Origin: Callorhinchus milii
Taxonomy: Eukaryota
Assembly (NCBI RefSeq): GCF_018977255.1
Contig: NW_024704762.1
Coordinates: 7,316,001 to 7,380,000 of the forward strand
Length of the DNA stretch: 64,000 nt
Direction of reading: 5' to 3'
Part shown: in pieces, positions 50,100 through 62,846 of the stretch
Position numbering within the stretch: the stretch's first letter is position 1
How the letters are laid out: every line of letters begins with the position of its first letter
The notes under the pieces: model-generated
What the model saw: the letters and a program-made list of their open reading frames with translations, nothing else
Told to the model about the DNA's origin: nothing
Database searches by the model: none
Program-made: the position numbers and the translations under genes

Positions 50100-50709
50100 C
50101 ACCTCAGAGTCCCGCCTCCTCCATTGCTCACCGTGTGTGCTCAGGCCCCTCCCTCCACTTACACACTCGCTGCGCTGATTGGTCAGCGCCGCTGTCAATC
50201 ACCTCTGCACCCCCGACGTCCCGAACCATTGACGTCAGGCAGGCGGAGCCCCGCCCTCCCCAGCTCCTGCGCGCTGATTGGCTGCGGTCTGCGCGCTAGG
50301 GGCGGGGCCGGCGCTGTGGGTTGGTCGGCGGGGATGTCAATCAAGACGGTGGGTGGGTGGGGGGGGGCGGTTGAGTGGCGGAATAGCGGGGAGGGCGGTG
50401 GTTAAAGGGAAAGGCGGTGGTTAAAGGGAAGGGCGGTGGTTAAAGGGGAGGGGCACGGCAGGGAGAGTGACGGTTGGAGACGGAAGGAGCAATTAATTAA
50501 GGCGTAAAGAAGGAAAAGAACCCCCCACCACCCCCCCAACCTCACGCCACCCCATCCCCCTCCCTCCCTCCACCCTCCCCGGAGCTTCACCGGCCTTCAG
50601 TTGTAACGGGTGTTACCCTGCACCCCCTCTCCCCCCTCTCCCCCCACTCTCTCTCTCTCTCTCTCTCTCCCCCTCACCGTTACCCCAGTGTTGTGTTGTG
50701 TTGTGAGCG
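50100..50709 (+). promoter_or_regulatory. GNG7: CpG-island promoter and non-coding exon 1 of next gene, probably GNG7
   Basis: GATTGG boxes near 50177 and 50276, CRE TGACGTCA 50230-50237, GC box GGGGCGGGGC near 50299, donor GCG|gtaagt at 50710. Gene identity comes from synteny only; no CDS in the window. Confidence 0.5.
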
Positions 50710-50809
50710 GTAAGTAACGCGGAGCCGTCACAGGACATCACAGGGTGAGGCCCTGCCACGAGCTGCCGAGTTAAACCGTTGCGTTAGAGGAGGTTCCGGA
50801 CTCAGACCG

Positions 50810-51418
50810 GGAGGGGGGGGTGTATATATGTGGGTGTATTTGTATGGGGAGGGGGTGTGTGTGTGTGTGTATGTGTGTGTGTGTGTGTGTGGGTGTGAGG
50901 GGTGTGTGTGTGTGGGTGTGAGGGGTGTGTGTGTGTGGGTGTGAGGGGTGTGTGGGTGGGTGTGAGGGGTGTGTGGGTGTGGGTGTGAGGGGTGTGTGGG
51001 TGTGGGTGTGAGGGGTGTGTGTGTGTGGGTGTGAGGGGTGTGAGGGGTGTGGGTGTGAGGGGGGGCTGTGTGTATGGGGCGTGTGTGTGTGAGGGTGTGT
51101 GGGGGGTGTGTGTGAGGGTGGGGTGGGGGGTGTTTGTGGGGGTGTGTGTGTGGGGGGGCTGAGGGTGGGTTGGGGGTGTGTGGGTGGGGTGGGGGGGTGT
51201 TTGTGTGGGGTGTGAGGGTGGGTGTGTGTGGGGGGTGGGGTGGGGGGTGTTTGTGTGGGGTGTGAGGGTGGGTGTGTGGGGGTGAGGTGGGGTGTGTGTA
51301 TGAGGGTGGGGGGGTGTTTGTGTGTGAGGGTGGGGTGGGGGGCTGTGTGTGTGTGTGGGGGTGAGGGGGTGAGGTGGGGTGTGTGTATGGGGGGTGGGGG
51401 GGGGGGGTGAGGTTTGGA
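50810..51418 (+). repeat. G/T-rich minisatellite (GTGTGGGTGTGAGGG-type units)
   Basis: About 600 nt almost exclusively G and T. Confidence 0.92.
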
Positions 51419-52144
51419 GTGGAGAGAGCAATCCTGACAGCACAGGTCACAGTGCGCAGTCTGTGGAGTGTGTTTACAGTTTGAATTGTTGATTTTGCAT
51501 TTTATCGCCAGTTTTATTATTCTTAAACAAAAGTCACGAGAGCCACACGTACCTGAAAGTTAGGCTCTCCATTCAGTTCGGTCCGGATGTTATTTGTTTT
51601 GCTGAAAAATGTTATTAAACCATTGCAATGTTACAATAACACCCAACTGACTGACAGGATACGATGCACTGGGTGCAATTCTACCACAGTGTTGATTTTG
51701 ATCTCGAAACACACTCCAGGAAAAGTAACAGCAGCTTTTTTTTCTTCCAAACTGACTGGAGCCCAGCGACCGTCTGGGAAATATATTGGTGGAGTATATT
51801 TTTGTTGCTCATAATAAAATTAATAAATACAGCCAGTTGCCAGTGAACGATACGCGATTGGATATTGCACCAAAAAGCTGATGATGGGAGTGGGAGTGTG
51901 GGGAATTGTCGATGTAGGAACGTGCAGATACAAAATAGGATGGGACTGGCAGTTGCACTTATTTATGCGAAATATGTGTTAAAATAAGTTAAATAGACTA
52001 CTGGTGTTCTGACAGTTGATCGGTAAACACAATCTTGACATAACAGCTTGCCAAGTTTTCATTGCAGGATTCAACCACTGCCTCTATAACACCCCGATGG
52101 TGAAAGAAAATAAGAGGAAATTGCAAAGCTTCTCTGTTGTGTAG

Positions 52145-52690
52145 GACGACGACGACAACTACTTGCTTTTATACAGTCCCCCACCCAGGGTAGCGTCTCA
52201 GAATGCTTGGCAGTGACGGAGCGGGATGCTGAGCCGGTGGGAGGTGACCAAAGGCGCACGGTTGAAGCGGAAGGTCTTCAGGTGTGACCTGAAGACGGGG
52301 AAGGAAGGGGCAAGGCGGAGGGATAGAGGAAGAGTGTTCCAGAGTTTTGGGCACAGTGGCTGAAAGTGTGGCCACCAAGGGCGGAACGAAGGGCACAAGG
52401 GACATGCGGGAGTGGGGCGCCAGTCACGAGGAGGCAGTGGGTTGGGGAGTGGGGAGGTGGTAAACAGGTAGTGAGGAAGGTGGTACCAGGGCATGAAGGA
52501 ATTTGAAGAGTGTGAGGATCTTGAAATTGATCAGTTTGGCGATAGGGAGCCAGTGCATCCTGGCTCGATCTGGTGCGATGGGGGTGCGGAGTTCAGTACG
52601 GGCGAGTATGCAGGCAACAGCGTTTCGGATCAGCTGGATTTTGTGGATGGTGGAGTTGGGGAAAGCAGTGAGGAGGGCATTTGAATAGAA
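52145..52690 (-). mobile_element. L2 LINE 3' fragment
   Basis: Minus strand encodes LHWLPIA..FKIL and LWNTLPLSLRLAPS..FRSHLKT, followed by 3'UTR and (GTC/GTT)n tail. Confidence 0.8.
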
Positions 52691-54241
52691 TTAACACCCA
52701 AAGCAGCATCGCAGCAAAGCATGGGGGGAGTGGGGAAGAAATGGCGTTCGTTGGACAGCAGTTGAGATTGGTAATTCTCTCTCTCTCCCACCCCCCACCC
52801 TCCGCCCCCGCCCCTAGTTTGAGTGCTTTGTGGCAACATTGCCACGGGGTACAGTATTATCTTCACCACTTCAAAATGCAACCTTGTGAAAATTGAACGA
52901 AATAGAACGTATCCAGTTGACTATTTCTAATCGTTTTGCTACATAAGTGGTGGGATACAAAAAATTGCTTATTTATTTGCCGTGTGTCAACGGACTTCAG
53001 TTACTTTGATTCAGGTTTATGAAATTAAACAAAAGTTTCTTCTGAAAAGTGTATCCATCTCATTTTCAATTGGAGTTTTGCGCTGAAATGTGATGATACG
53101 TTTGTAGCACTTATTAACCAGCAAACGTCTTCTCTTCAAAAGAGATTTCAGCTCTTATAATATATTTAGACCAACGAAGACTTTTTGTTTGGCAGATTTC
53201 AATCTGTCTACGAAAAACAAAGTGGGCAGTGTTCGGTTGTGAATTTAGAGCAACAGTTGGGTTGCAACTATTTGTAATTAAATGGTTAGCATTACCTGAA
53301 CCCTGAGAACCCTGTTCAGCTATAATACAGTTTAGGCAAACCTGTTTTTGCTCTACGGCCACCTCCCCCCCCCCCCCCCCCCCCCCCCCCGGCTCAGGTT
53401 CTGCCACTGTTCAGTGCTCTGAGACGCTACCCTGCGAGGAGGGCGCTATATATAAGTGCAAGTTGTTGCTGTTCGCACACAACTTTTCTGTAAGCATATT
53501 TTACTGATTGACTGTCGTAGCAGACAGTAAGTACGGCTTCGCATACACAAACAACTGTATTGGCTGTTGTAATTTTTTTTTAAAAAAACATTGGGCCATT
53601 TGCAAACAGACTCCCAGACAATGTAACAGGTTTGCCTGACAGCCAATCCTTTGGATCTAAATTAAGCCATTTCTATTTTGGAGAGTGTACGTTTTAACTA
53701 ACCATTAAACCGTTATCATTAAGGTCCATTGAAATTCCCACGAGGACAACTGCATTCGTATTGTAATGGACTGCGGTTGCAGAGCAGTTTCTTATTTCAA
53801 CAAAAACTGAGTCTCCTAGTGACGTTCTAGTGGGGGCGCGGGTGTGGGGCTGGGAGGAAGAGAGAAATTGCTAGGGGTATGGAAAGGAAATCATTACATT
53901 TAGCAAAGAGGATGGAGAAAGGAAGTAAATAACTGTTTGTATGGGGGAGGAGCCTTGATCATGTGAAAAAAAATTATTTGGTAACTCAATCCACGTATGT
54001 TTGTGGGACACTACTATTTGCAATTGGCTGCCGCGTTTCACCATATAATACAGTCACTCCACTTTACAGTATATCCTGTGAAACGCTTTGAGATGTCTCA
54101 ACAATGTGATAAGGCGCTATGTCAAATGCAAGGATTATTATTTGTAGATCAATGTGGCTGCCAATCTGTGCAAAGCAATGTCCCACAAACAGCAATACAA
54201 AGAATGACCATCTTTGCCATCTATTGCCAGAGTATCTTTAA

Positions 54242-54572
54242 TGTCCTGTAGCTCAGTGGTTAGAGCACTCGCTTTGCAAGCGAGAGACCTGAGTTCAATT
54301 CCAGGCAGGGCGAAACCTTGGGCAAGTTTCCTTACTCCACACAGAGCCTAATAATAATCCCTCCAAAAAACCCCAAACAATAATAAATTGGTCATTTTCA
54401 ACCTGCGACTGTTTGTGGGACATTGCTGTGCGCAATTGGCTGCCGCGTTCGCCCACAAATATACAGTCAATTCACTTTACAGTGTGTTCTGTGAAGCGCT
54501 TTGGGACGTCCTCCTGACGTGAAAAGCGCTATATCAAATGCAAGGATTATTATTATTATTATTATTATTATT
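54242..54572 (+). mobile_element. Young tRNA-headed SINE with Deu 3' module and (ATT)n tail
   Basis: A box TAGCTCAGTGG, B box GAGTTCAATTCC, intact CpGs, long (ATT)n tail, flanking ATGTCC direct repeat. Confidence 0.85.
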
Positions 54573-56519
54573 ATGTCCATCTGAACAGCCAGAGGGGACT
54601 TTGGTTTAAATCTCATCCGCAGGATGAGTGGTGGGTGGAGGGAAAGAGCACTTTGTGGTCCAGAACAGTTACCTTTTGCCAACATTGACCTTCTGCATCA
54701 GAGACTCAATGCAGATAAAAGGACTTCACCACTTAAGTCACATGTGGATATATGGCATTCTGGTGGATATTTAGCATACTGTGGTTGATTTGGGTGAAAT
54801 ACTTTGTATTTTACTTCCTATGTTGAAAATGATTAACTACTGTCCTACAGACTTGGCAAAATAAAAATAAGTTTTGAAATTATATGATTAATTATATATT
54901 TTTTCTATTTTTTGTTAATATTTTCCCTGGTACGGACTGCTTTTTAATTCAGGGTTTTGGACATTTTATTCTCTTGTGTTTTAAGGAGAAATATTTCAGT
55001 TGGCTCGTTGTATTTTGGGTGTGGTTGTTAGAACATCCTAGAATTGTTGAAACTGATGATCTCTGATCATTAGGAATTACTTGCCAGTAAAATTTATTTA
55101 CTGGAAACTGTTGAATCTTTGTTACAAGGTAACTCTAAAGTGACATACAGTCACGCCTTAGATTTTCTTTGCAGTGAGATTTTTGTTTAACTTTTGCTTT
55201 GTTTGCTCCTTGAATGTTTTGAACATAAATACTTTTGAACATCTGACTTATTCTGTTGATAAACACAAAGCCTTTATTGTCAGTAACTTCCAAAGACTCC
55301 TGATTGAATTTTTGGGTAAGAAATGCAACCTTTAGGTACATTAGGATAGAACTTCAATTGTTGGCAGGAATTTTAGCCTAAAGTATTGGTCTTGCTTGTC
55401 CAATAATCATTCCTTTCCCAGCCTAGTTGCTAAGTGGAGTTTTGGGGATTTTAATATAGTGTGCCTGTGTATGTCTATATAAATATTATATTTTGCCGAC
55501 AAAAGAGTCAATTTACTTTACAGTATATTCTGTGAAGTGCTTTGAGCCATCTAGAAGATCAGATAAGGCGTTATATCAAATGCAAAGATTATTATTATTA
55601 TATATTCTCTCTGTTACCCTAAACGCACGCGTACAGAAAATTCAGGATAAATTAACTCTGGTTTAACTTGTCACTGTTGACTTTTTCCTTGCTGTCACTA
55701 TCCCGGCTGCTTCCCACCCAAAATGCTGATAGGGACTTTGTTTTACTTGTCCCTCCACACTATATCTTCCCATTGTGTAGCTTTGATCTGTATAGACATT
55801 TCTGTACATTAAAGCTATATAATTGTTCTTTTGTCTATAGCACCATCTATCGGTAGAACTTGTCTCGTCAGTGCTCCACTTCAATTTTAAATGGTGCATT
55901 TTGTTTATCCATTATTTTCTGACAAGTGAAGAGTTCTGTCCCAACATAATTACTAGTGAAAGGTTTTTACCGAGTAAAACCTATTCGGTTCGCAACTTGC
56001 AAGGTTATTTCAAGTAGAGGTGACGCGTTACAGGTCAGTTAATGCTGCAAAAATAATACATAAGAATGAGTTATCAGTATTGGATGTGATACTTTTTCCT
56101 GCCACACAGTGGCATCAAATCTTATTCTTTCAGACCACACCAGAAGGATGAAGGATGCCTTACTCAAACCTAGTGACATTAGGGTGTGGCATTCTGTTCT
56201 TAGCCAATTTTGAAAATATCCTTCCTGCTCATACTTTGGCTTAAATATTATTTGCTGCCAATTAACAGCTGTATTTGAACTCAATTGCTGACCAGGACCG
56301 CTTTACTCCACTTCCATCGTTGTAAATTTCTCGATATATTTTAAAAGAATTTAGGTTCCTCATCTATTTGAGGGTGCTGGTAAATAGGCTCTTATCAATT
56401 CAGCAAGTCGGTTTAAAATAATTGATCTGCAGCAAGAAAGGTTTTGATTCCATCAGGTTGGTTTTAAATGCATTCAAAAATGTTTATCCTTAATACAAAT
56501 CTTTCTTACCATTTCCCAG

Positions 56520-56581
56520 GTCATCTGTTTCTGAAACCTTTTCGCTCAGAAGAGACTGTTCCTGTTGGATCAGCTTACAAG
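56520..56581 (+). other. Candidate 62-nt non-coding exon of the same transcript
   Basis: Polypyrimidine acceptor ctttcttaccatttcccag and donor AAG|gtcagt; no ATG inside. Confidence 0.45.
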
Positions 56582-57394
56582 GTCAGTACTGTATTTTGAA
56601 TTATCTCTTAACAAACTGACAGTGGACATGAATAATGCTGGTACAATAAGGCATCATAAATGATGCACAGGTGCTATTTCTCGTTCCTATCAAATAGTGG
56701 ATTTATAACAAGTGTAAAATTGGACATTGAAAATCAAAAACAGTTGGCATTGAAACTCCATAGTATTACCAGAAGAGATTATTGTTGCCTTATTTAATAA
56801 ATCTAGTTCTTCCCATTTCCCTTCCCTCTCCCGGTCCCCTTCTAGTAGCTTTGCCCTTACGAGAATTTCTCTAGGTCAGAAATTTATTGTGCATCTCAGA
56901 TGTTGTTGGAAGTCATGTGTCAGTTGAACAGTATTCCAATAGAACCAGAGGAAGTGTTTGTGTTCCTGGAAATCAAGCTCAGACTAGCCTTCTGCCAGAT
57001 ATTATTAAACTCCAGCTCATTAGTCTAGTAGTTGTTGACTACAATCTTTGACTAATACGTTTGGTTATTGAATTGGTTAATCAGATATGTATTCAAATAG
57101 TTGTATGGAAATAGTAGCAGCAAGTCAGCATTTTCCCCTGGAATGTGTGCTGCTTATGTAGGGATGATTTAAAGGAAAAGTTTGGCATTCAAATTAATAT
57201 ACCGAATTCTTGATGTTGTAGACGAGGAACAAATTCTAGTCCCTTGTATTAACACCGAACACTAACAACAGTTAGAGTAACTGTCCTTCAAAATCTGTTG
57301 TAGCTTATTGGTTAAATGTCCACTTGATGTATGTTCTTATAATATTCTATCCATACTTTGCAACTGTGCCACTGGAGTTACTGTCTTTAATACC

Positions 57395-57718
57395 TCTCTG
57401 ACCTCCTCTCTCCTCAAAACAGCACCCGTTGCCTTCGTTCCTCCGGGTCTGGCCTCCTTGTCCCCCGAGTCCTCCGCTCCACCCTCGGGGGCCGTGCCTT
57501 CAGCCATATGCCCCGAGGCTCTGGAACTGCCTTCCTCACTCCCTTCGTCTCGCTCCCTCCCTTCCCATTTTCAGGTCTCTGCTGAAGACCTTTCTTTTCG
57601 ACCGCGCCTTTGGTCACCTTCCCCCCCTCCCCCCGGCTCGGTCCCGGGATCCAAAACAGTAAAGCTCTCTGAGACCCCGTCCAGCGTGGAGGGCACTGTA
57701 TAAATCAAAGTTGTTGTA
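57395..57718 (+). mobile_element. L2 LINE 3' fragment, second 3'UTR type (related ends at 24420-24530 and 53365-53470)
   Basis: APRLWNCLPHSLRLAPSLPIFRSLLKTFLFDRAF then (GTT)n tail. Confidence 0.8.
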
Positions 57719-59214
57719 ATACAAACTTTAATTTGAAGTTTGAAGTTGCCTGATAGGGCCAAAGGCCAAGATACAAGATTCTGAGTGCTGAGTTAGTCAT
57801 TGCAATAAACTTAGTTCTTGTGTTTGTGTTTATCGGTAATGCAAGATGGCTCATCCAAGATAGGGTGATGGAATGAATCTGTTCATGTGATTTTAGGCTC
57901 CAGGGTTGTTATGGGGCTTGGCACCTGTTGCTGGGCTGTGAACAGTCAGGTTTCAAATAGCTGGTGAGAAAATCCTTGGTTGGAGAAATGACTGTTGTGC
58001 TATGAGTCAGCTTATGTGATATGATTTAGCTTTGTGGTTTACTCCCCCCTCCCCTACTTCTTTGACTTCACCTATGACCACCTCCTACATTGTCCAAATC
58101 CACCTTTGTAAAGCACTCAGACATTATCCAACATGAAGGGTGCTATAGAAATGCAAGTTATTTGCTGTTGAATAGTATCATTAGGTTGTTAACCTCTACT
58201 TAAACAGATTAACACCTAAGATGTTCAGATAATTAAACATTAAATACTGAATGTATACTGTGCTGTCTGAGTTGGCAATTAGATTTCTCATCAATATAAT
58301 TTAATATACAGGAATAGAGATGTCTTTCAAAAATAAATCTTCCCGTAAATTGCTATGAAAACTTTTACTGGCACATTGTTCTATTTGATGAATGGTTTAA
58401 TTGTATTTCAGTATCTGCACACCTACGGATGTTTTTTTTCTTCCAAAGCTGAAAGTAAATTTTGTGCTTTTAAAAGCAATTCATGATAGTACGAATCTTA
58501 ATGTGGAGGTGCTGTGTTTGGAGCAAACGGTTCTCTGAATCATACATCAGGGTGACATTCTGAAACATCTGCTACATTTATAAATCTATAAATTTATAAA
58601 TACATTTATACATCTATAAATCCTGCTCAGATACTACTGGAAAACATAAAGCTGACTGGAAACTTCCACACTCTTGTGTATGAGTTAGGTAACTCACTAG
58701 AGCAGTAAGTCAGCTGGAATCTTCCTGGCAATGCACTCATTACTGCAATGCTGCTGGTAAATGTTCTCCCTTCTAATAGAATACGTGTTCACTGCCTATT
58801 ATGCTGCCGCATAGATGACTAGAATCTCTGCACTTGCTGAGAATTCATTCTGGGCTGGAGCAGAACAACAATTTTCCAGTCCCATTATGTTATTTAAAGG
58901 CTATTATAAAGGCTGCAAAATCACCTTCAAACAATAGAAATCTAAATTCATCATATGAAAAATCGCTAGATGACTGAAGACGACCTATGTGTGTGTGGGC
59001 AATGTATATCTGTGTAATAACTTGCCTCAAAGGCTATATTTTACACAGCAATAAACAGGATATCTCAAAATTAGCAATGTTCTCATGATAGGAGTCAAAG
59101 CTTATGTGAACAGCACATTTCTGTCTTGAGGTCTCAACTCCAGTATTGCTCCACAAATACCATGCTGTCATTCTAAACTTGATCAGTGGCAATCAGCAGA
59201 TTTATTTCATTTAT

Positions 59215-59717
59215 AAAGGCATCATCATTACCTCCAGTCTTGACTACACTAACTTCCTGTTCACCCAACTCTTCCCTCCACAATCTGCAGATTATTCAGA
59301 ACTCTGCAGCTCGTGTCCTCTCCCGCACAAAGTTTCACTGGCTCCCCATCCCCCAGAGGATCAAATTCAAGATCCACGTCCTCATCTGTAAAATCATCCA
59401 TGGTGTTGCTCCTCCCTTCTGCTGCGACTTATTAAAATTTCACCAAAGTGTCCATTCCGTCCACTCCACGTCCTTCCACTATCAGCAGTCGGGCTTTCAG
59501 CCTTTCTGTCCCCACCCTCTGGAATTCCATCTCTGAGCCCCCTCCCTTGCCTCCTTCAAATCCCATTTCAAGACCCTCCTTTTTGACCGAGCCTTTGGTT
59601 ATCTTCCTTCCTCCACCCACCCTTACTCTCCAACCCATTCTTATCCCACCCAGGTGTTCGGGTGCAAACCCCTCATCCGCAGAGTGAAAGGCGCTATGTA
59701 AATACAATTTGTTGTTA
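59215..59717 (+). mobile_element. L2 LINE 3' fragment
   Basis: LQIIQNSAARVLSRT..HWLPIPQRIKFKI; RAFSLSVPTLWNS; tail GTGAAAGGCGCTATGTAAAT..TTGTTG. Confidence 0.82.
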
Positions 59718-62416
59718 TCATGTGAACCAATTTCCAGTCCAATTTCCCTTGAACATTTTCTGTTCATGTGTGGCTTACACCAAGAATAGGAACAGTAGAT
59801 GACTTTCCACCCTGAGGGTACTGTACTAAGTTTTGGTTCCTTTGCTACTGCCCAATTTTATCCACTAATTTAGTATAGACTAGGAATTTAATCTGGATTT
59901 TGCTGGTCTGAATGGCTCCATGCCATTTTATGGAATGCAAACAAACTTCTGAACTTAGGCAAAAAGACTTGAATACACTTAACAGTTATTTATTTTACTG
60001 TACCATCGTGAATTACCACTTTTATAAGGCATTAGTGTAGTTCCAAGACCTAGTTGTCTGCCTTGACCAGTTATCTCTCTACTAAGAATGTAGAAAAGGA
60101 CTTTTGTTGAAAATGGGTTCCACAGTGCCCAATCTTTCCTTGTTTGCCTTGCCCGTAAACGCGCATCTAGATTTTTCTTCCCATTACTGACTGAGGGCCA
60201 AGTCTAAAATATCTTGTATGTAGGAATGCCGAATATTTTCAGTGTATGTCAAACATGCACACGTGGTGTGTCTAGAATTTCTCTGGGAATTTGAGCCGAA
60301 CACAGACCAAATATTTTTAGTTATGTATTCATCTCATTGTATTGAATGCTCTTAACTTGGTTTCTAAGTTCTATTTCTTTCCTCGTGCCCTGGAAACAAG
60401 TGCATTAAGTGTTTATAAAATTTAAAACACTCCCAATTTATTCCTTTATTCCCTAAAGTAAGGCATCACTTTATTGGCATCTTGAACAGTCAAACAGTGC
60501 TAACAAAAATACAATGTGGTTGCAACATTGAAAAGAAAACAATATTGATAGTTAGCCTTATGAGTAATAATGGTAATGCTGAATATTTCTGTTTATTCAG
60601 CATGTTGGCCACACACATTATGATCTGTATTATTTCACGAAAGGCTGGAGTATTCATTCCAATACCCACTGGAGGGCAGTGCAGACTTAGTTTTGAGCAT
60701 ATTCATGGAGCGATTACTGTCAGAAATTCATGGCTGTCTGAATATTTCAGGCTTCCGGTTAGTCAGCCGTTTACCATCTGATTAAAAATCATAGCACGAT
60801 TGTACATTTATTTCCAATGTATATTGTAGGTCCCGATGTTATTCTATTAGATAAACTCTGTAGAGCCCCCTGCTTCATCTCTTTGTAAGGGAATTTCTTT
60901 TATATTTGATTGTAGAAGCTTACAAAGTCCTTTGTGTCATAAATTGTGCAACTAAACAACAATGAGGGTGGAATCTTAATCAGATCACTGAGAATTCCCT
61001 TTCATGGATTATTTAGCGCATTCTTAAACCACCAAAACAAGCAGACAAGATCTCTGTTTAATTTACCAGAAAGACCGCACCTGTCTAATGCAATATTTCC
61101 TCAGTGATCAGTCTAAATTATCAGCTCGCTGTATAGGTAAGAGTCCTGCCAAACTGTCACTGCAGTTATCTTCTGCAATTAACTAAACAGAATTCCCTGG
61201 CTGAACAAACTAACAGGTGATCGCTTCTTCATCTGTACGTACGCCAATAGGAACGATCTCCACCTCTCCTCTCTGGACAATGCTTTGTCCATTGGGACTA
61301 GTTGAGATTAGGAACCTGCCATCTATGGAACTATGTTCCTTTGCGTACAATTGGCATCTAGCATGACGCTAAGACTTGTTGCCTTTTGTGTAATTGCTTT
61401 AATATCTCTTTTTCAAACCGAGCTTTTAAATCCAGCTTATAAACGGAAAGCTTGATGTTTGACAACCTAATGTGGAATTTATCCAACTATGGGTGTCAAC
61501 CTACGCGGGTGTGTTCTTTGTTTCCTGCTCAGTTGAAGGATAAGTTATTTTATTCAAAGTCTAAACATGGAACTTAAGTAGCATTGTAGCACTGCCATTA
61601 CAAAATCAGTTTCTGTATTCTGAACAAGGCAGCTATTCATACAAAATGTATTTTTAGCCACCATTTTCAATACATATCTGTTTTCATTCCTCCTGTTACG
61701 CATTTTGTTCACTGGCCAAGAGGGGAAGCACATTGACCACCTAGGCCAATTCTTCTATTTAACTAGTGGCTCAGAAGTGCAGACGTCTAGAGCACTTGGC
61801 GTTATGCTTTTGTCTGTTTCATCCAAAGATCAGGAGCTCGTATGTGACATCTGTTTGCAAGAACTTTCTCTCCCCCAGACCCTGCATTGGCAACACCTTG
61901 CATTTATATAGCACCTTTCCTGTAAAAGTAATTTTGCAAAGCAGCTTGCAGATCAGATAGATTAATTCAAGATAAAGTAGATGTCGGTGGCAAACACTGC
62001 AGTTAATTTGCACTAATAATGAGATGACTAATCCATTAATTTGCTTAATTAAATGCACCACATCTGGAATTCACTTACCCTGCTCATATAACTTGGTCTG
62101 TATTAAATTACCAAGGTTGTGAATTCATTAGATAGACTGAGGATTACATTAAATTACAATGCTAGGAGCTGATCTATCAATTAAAATATTTTACACTTTA
62201 ATATTTAGCTTAGTTTAGATGGTCATTTTATGACTGAAGTGTACATGGATTGGTTAAAATTTTAACGTGCACTTTTATCAAAACCTTAAAAAGATTGGCA
62301 GAAGATACCTTCAACAAACCAGTGCACCAACTAGAATCAAATTTGCAGCCTCTCAAAGAACCGGTGAAGAAAGGGTTAATAATTAGGTATAATATTTTAT
62401 GTTATCCACAAACTGA

Positions 62417-62846
62417 TGATGATAAATCTTTGCATTTGATACAGCGCCTGATACGTTGTCGACACATCTCAAAGTGCTTCACAGGGTATACTGTCAAGTG
62501 GATGGACTGTTTTGTAGGCGAAATGTTATAACCACTTTTGTGCACAGCCATGTCCCACAAACAGCCATGGACTGAGTGACCAATTTTATTTGAGGGTGGG
62601 GGGGAGTTGTTGTCCAGGGCACTGGGAGAGAGAAACTCCTTACTCTTTTCTAATAGCGCCAAGGGATTTTAAATGTCCACCTGAATAGGCAGACAGGACC
62701 TCGGTTTAACAGCTCATCTGAAGGACGGCAATTCCAACAATGCAACCACATCCCCACCTCTTCCAGTATTGCATTGGAGTGTCAGCTTAGACCCGGTGTG
62801 GGGCTTGAACCCACAAACCTCTGAGTGTTACCACTGAGCCAGGCTG
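62417..62846 (-). mobile_element. Near full-length Deu-domain SINE
   Basis: Same head, core and tail as 31165-31571. Confidence 0.8.

Noticed and set aside
50728-51450. 240-aa and 213-aa Pro/His/Thr-rich ORFs
   Set aside because: Translations of the G/T minisatellite, which lacks stop codons by composition.
54242-54313. tRNA-Ala(TGC) gene
   Set aside because: Imperfect T-stem, no G3:U70 pair and no adjacent oligo-T terminator. It continues into a SINE body with tail and target-site duplication, so it is a SINE head.
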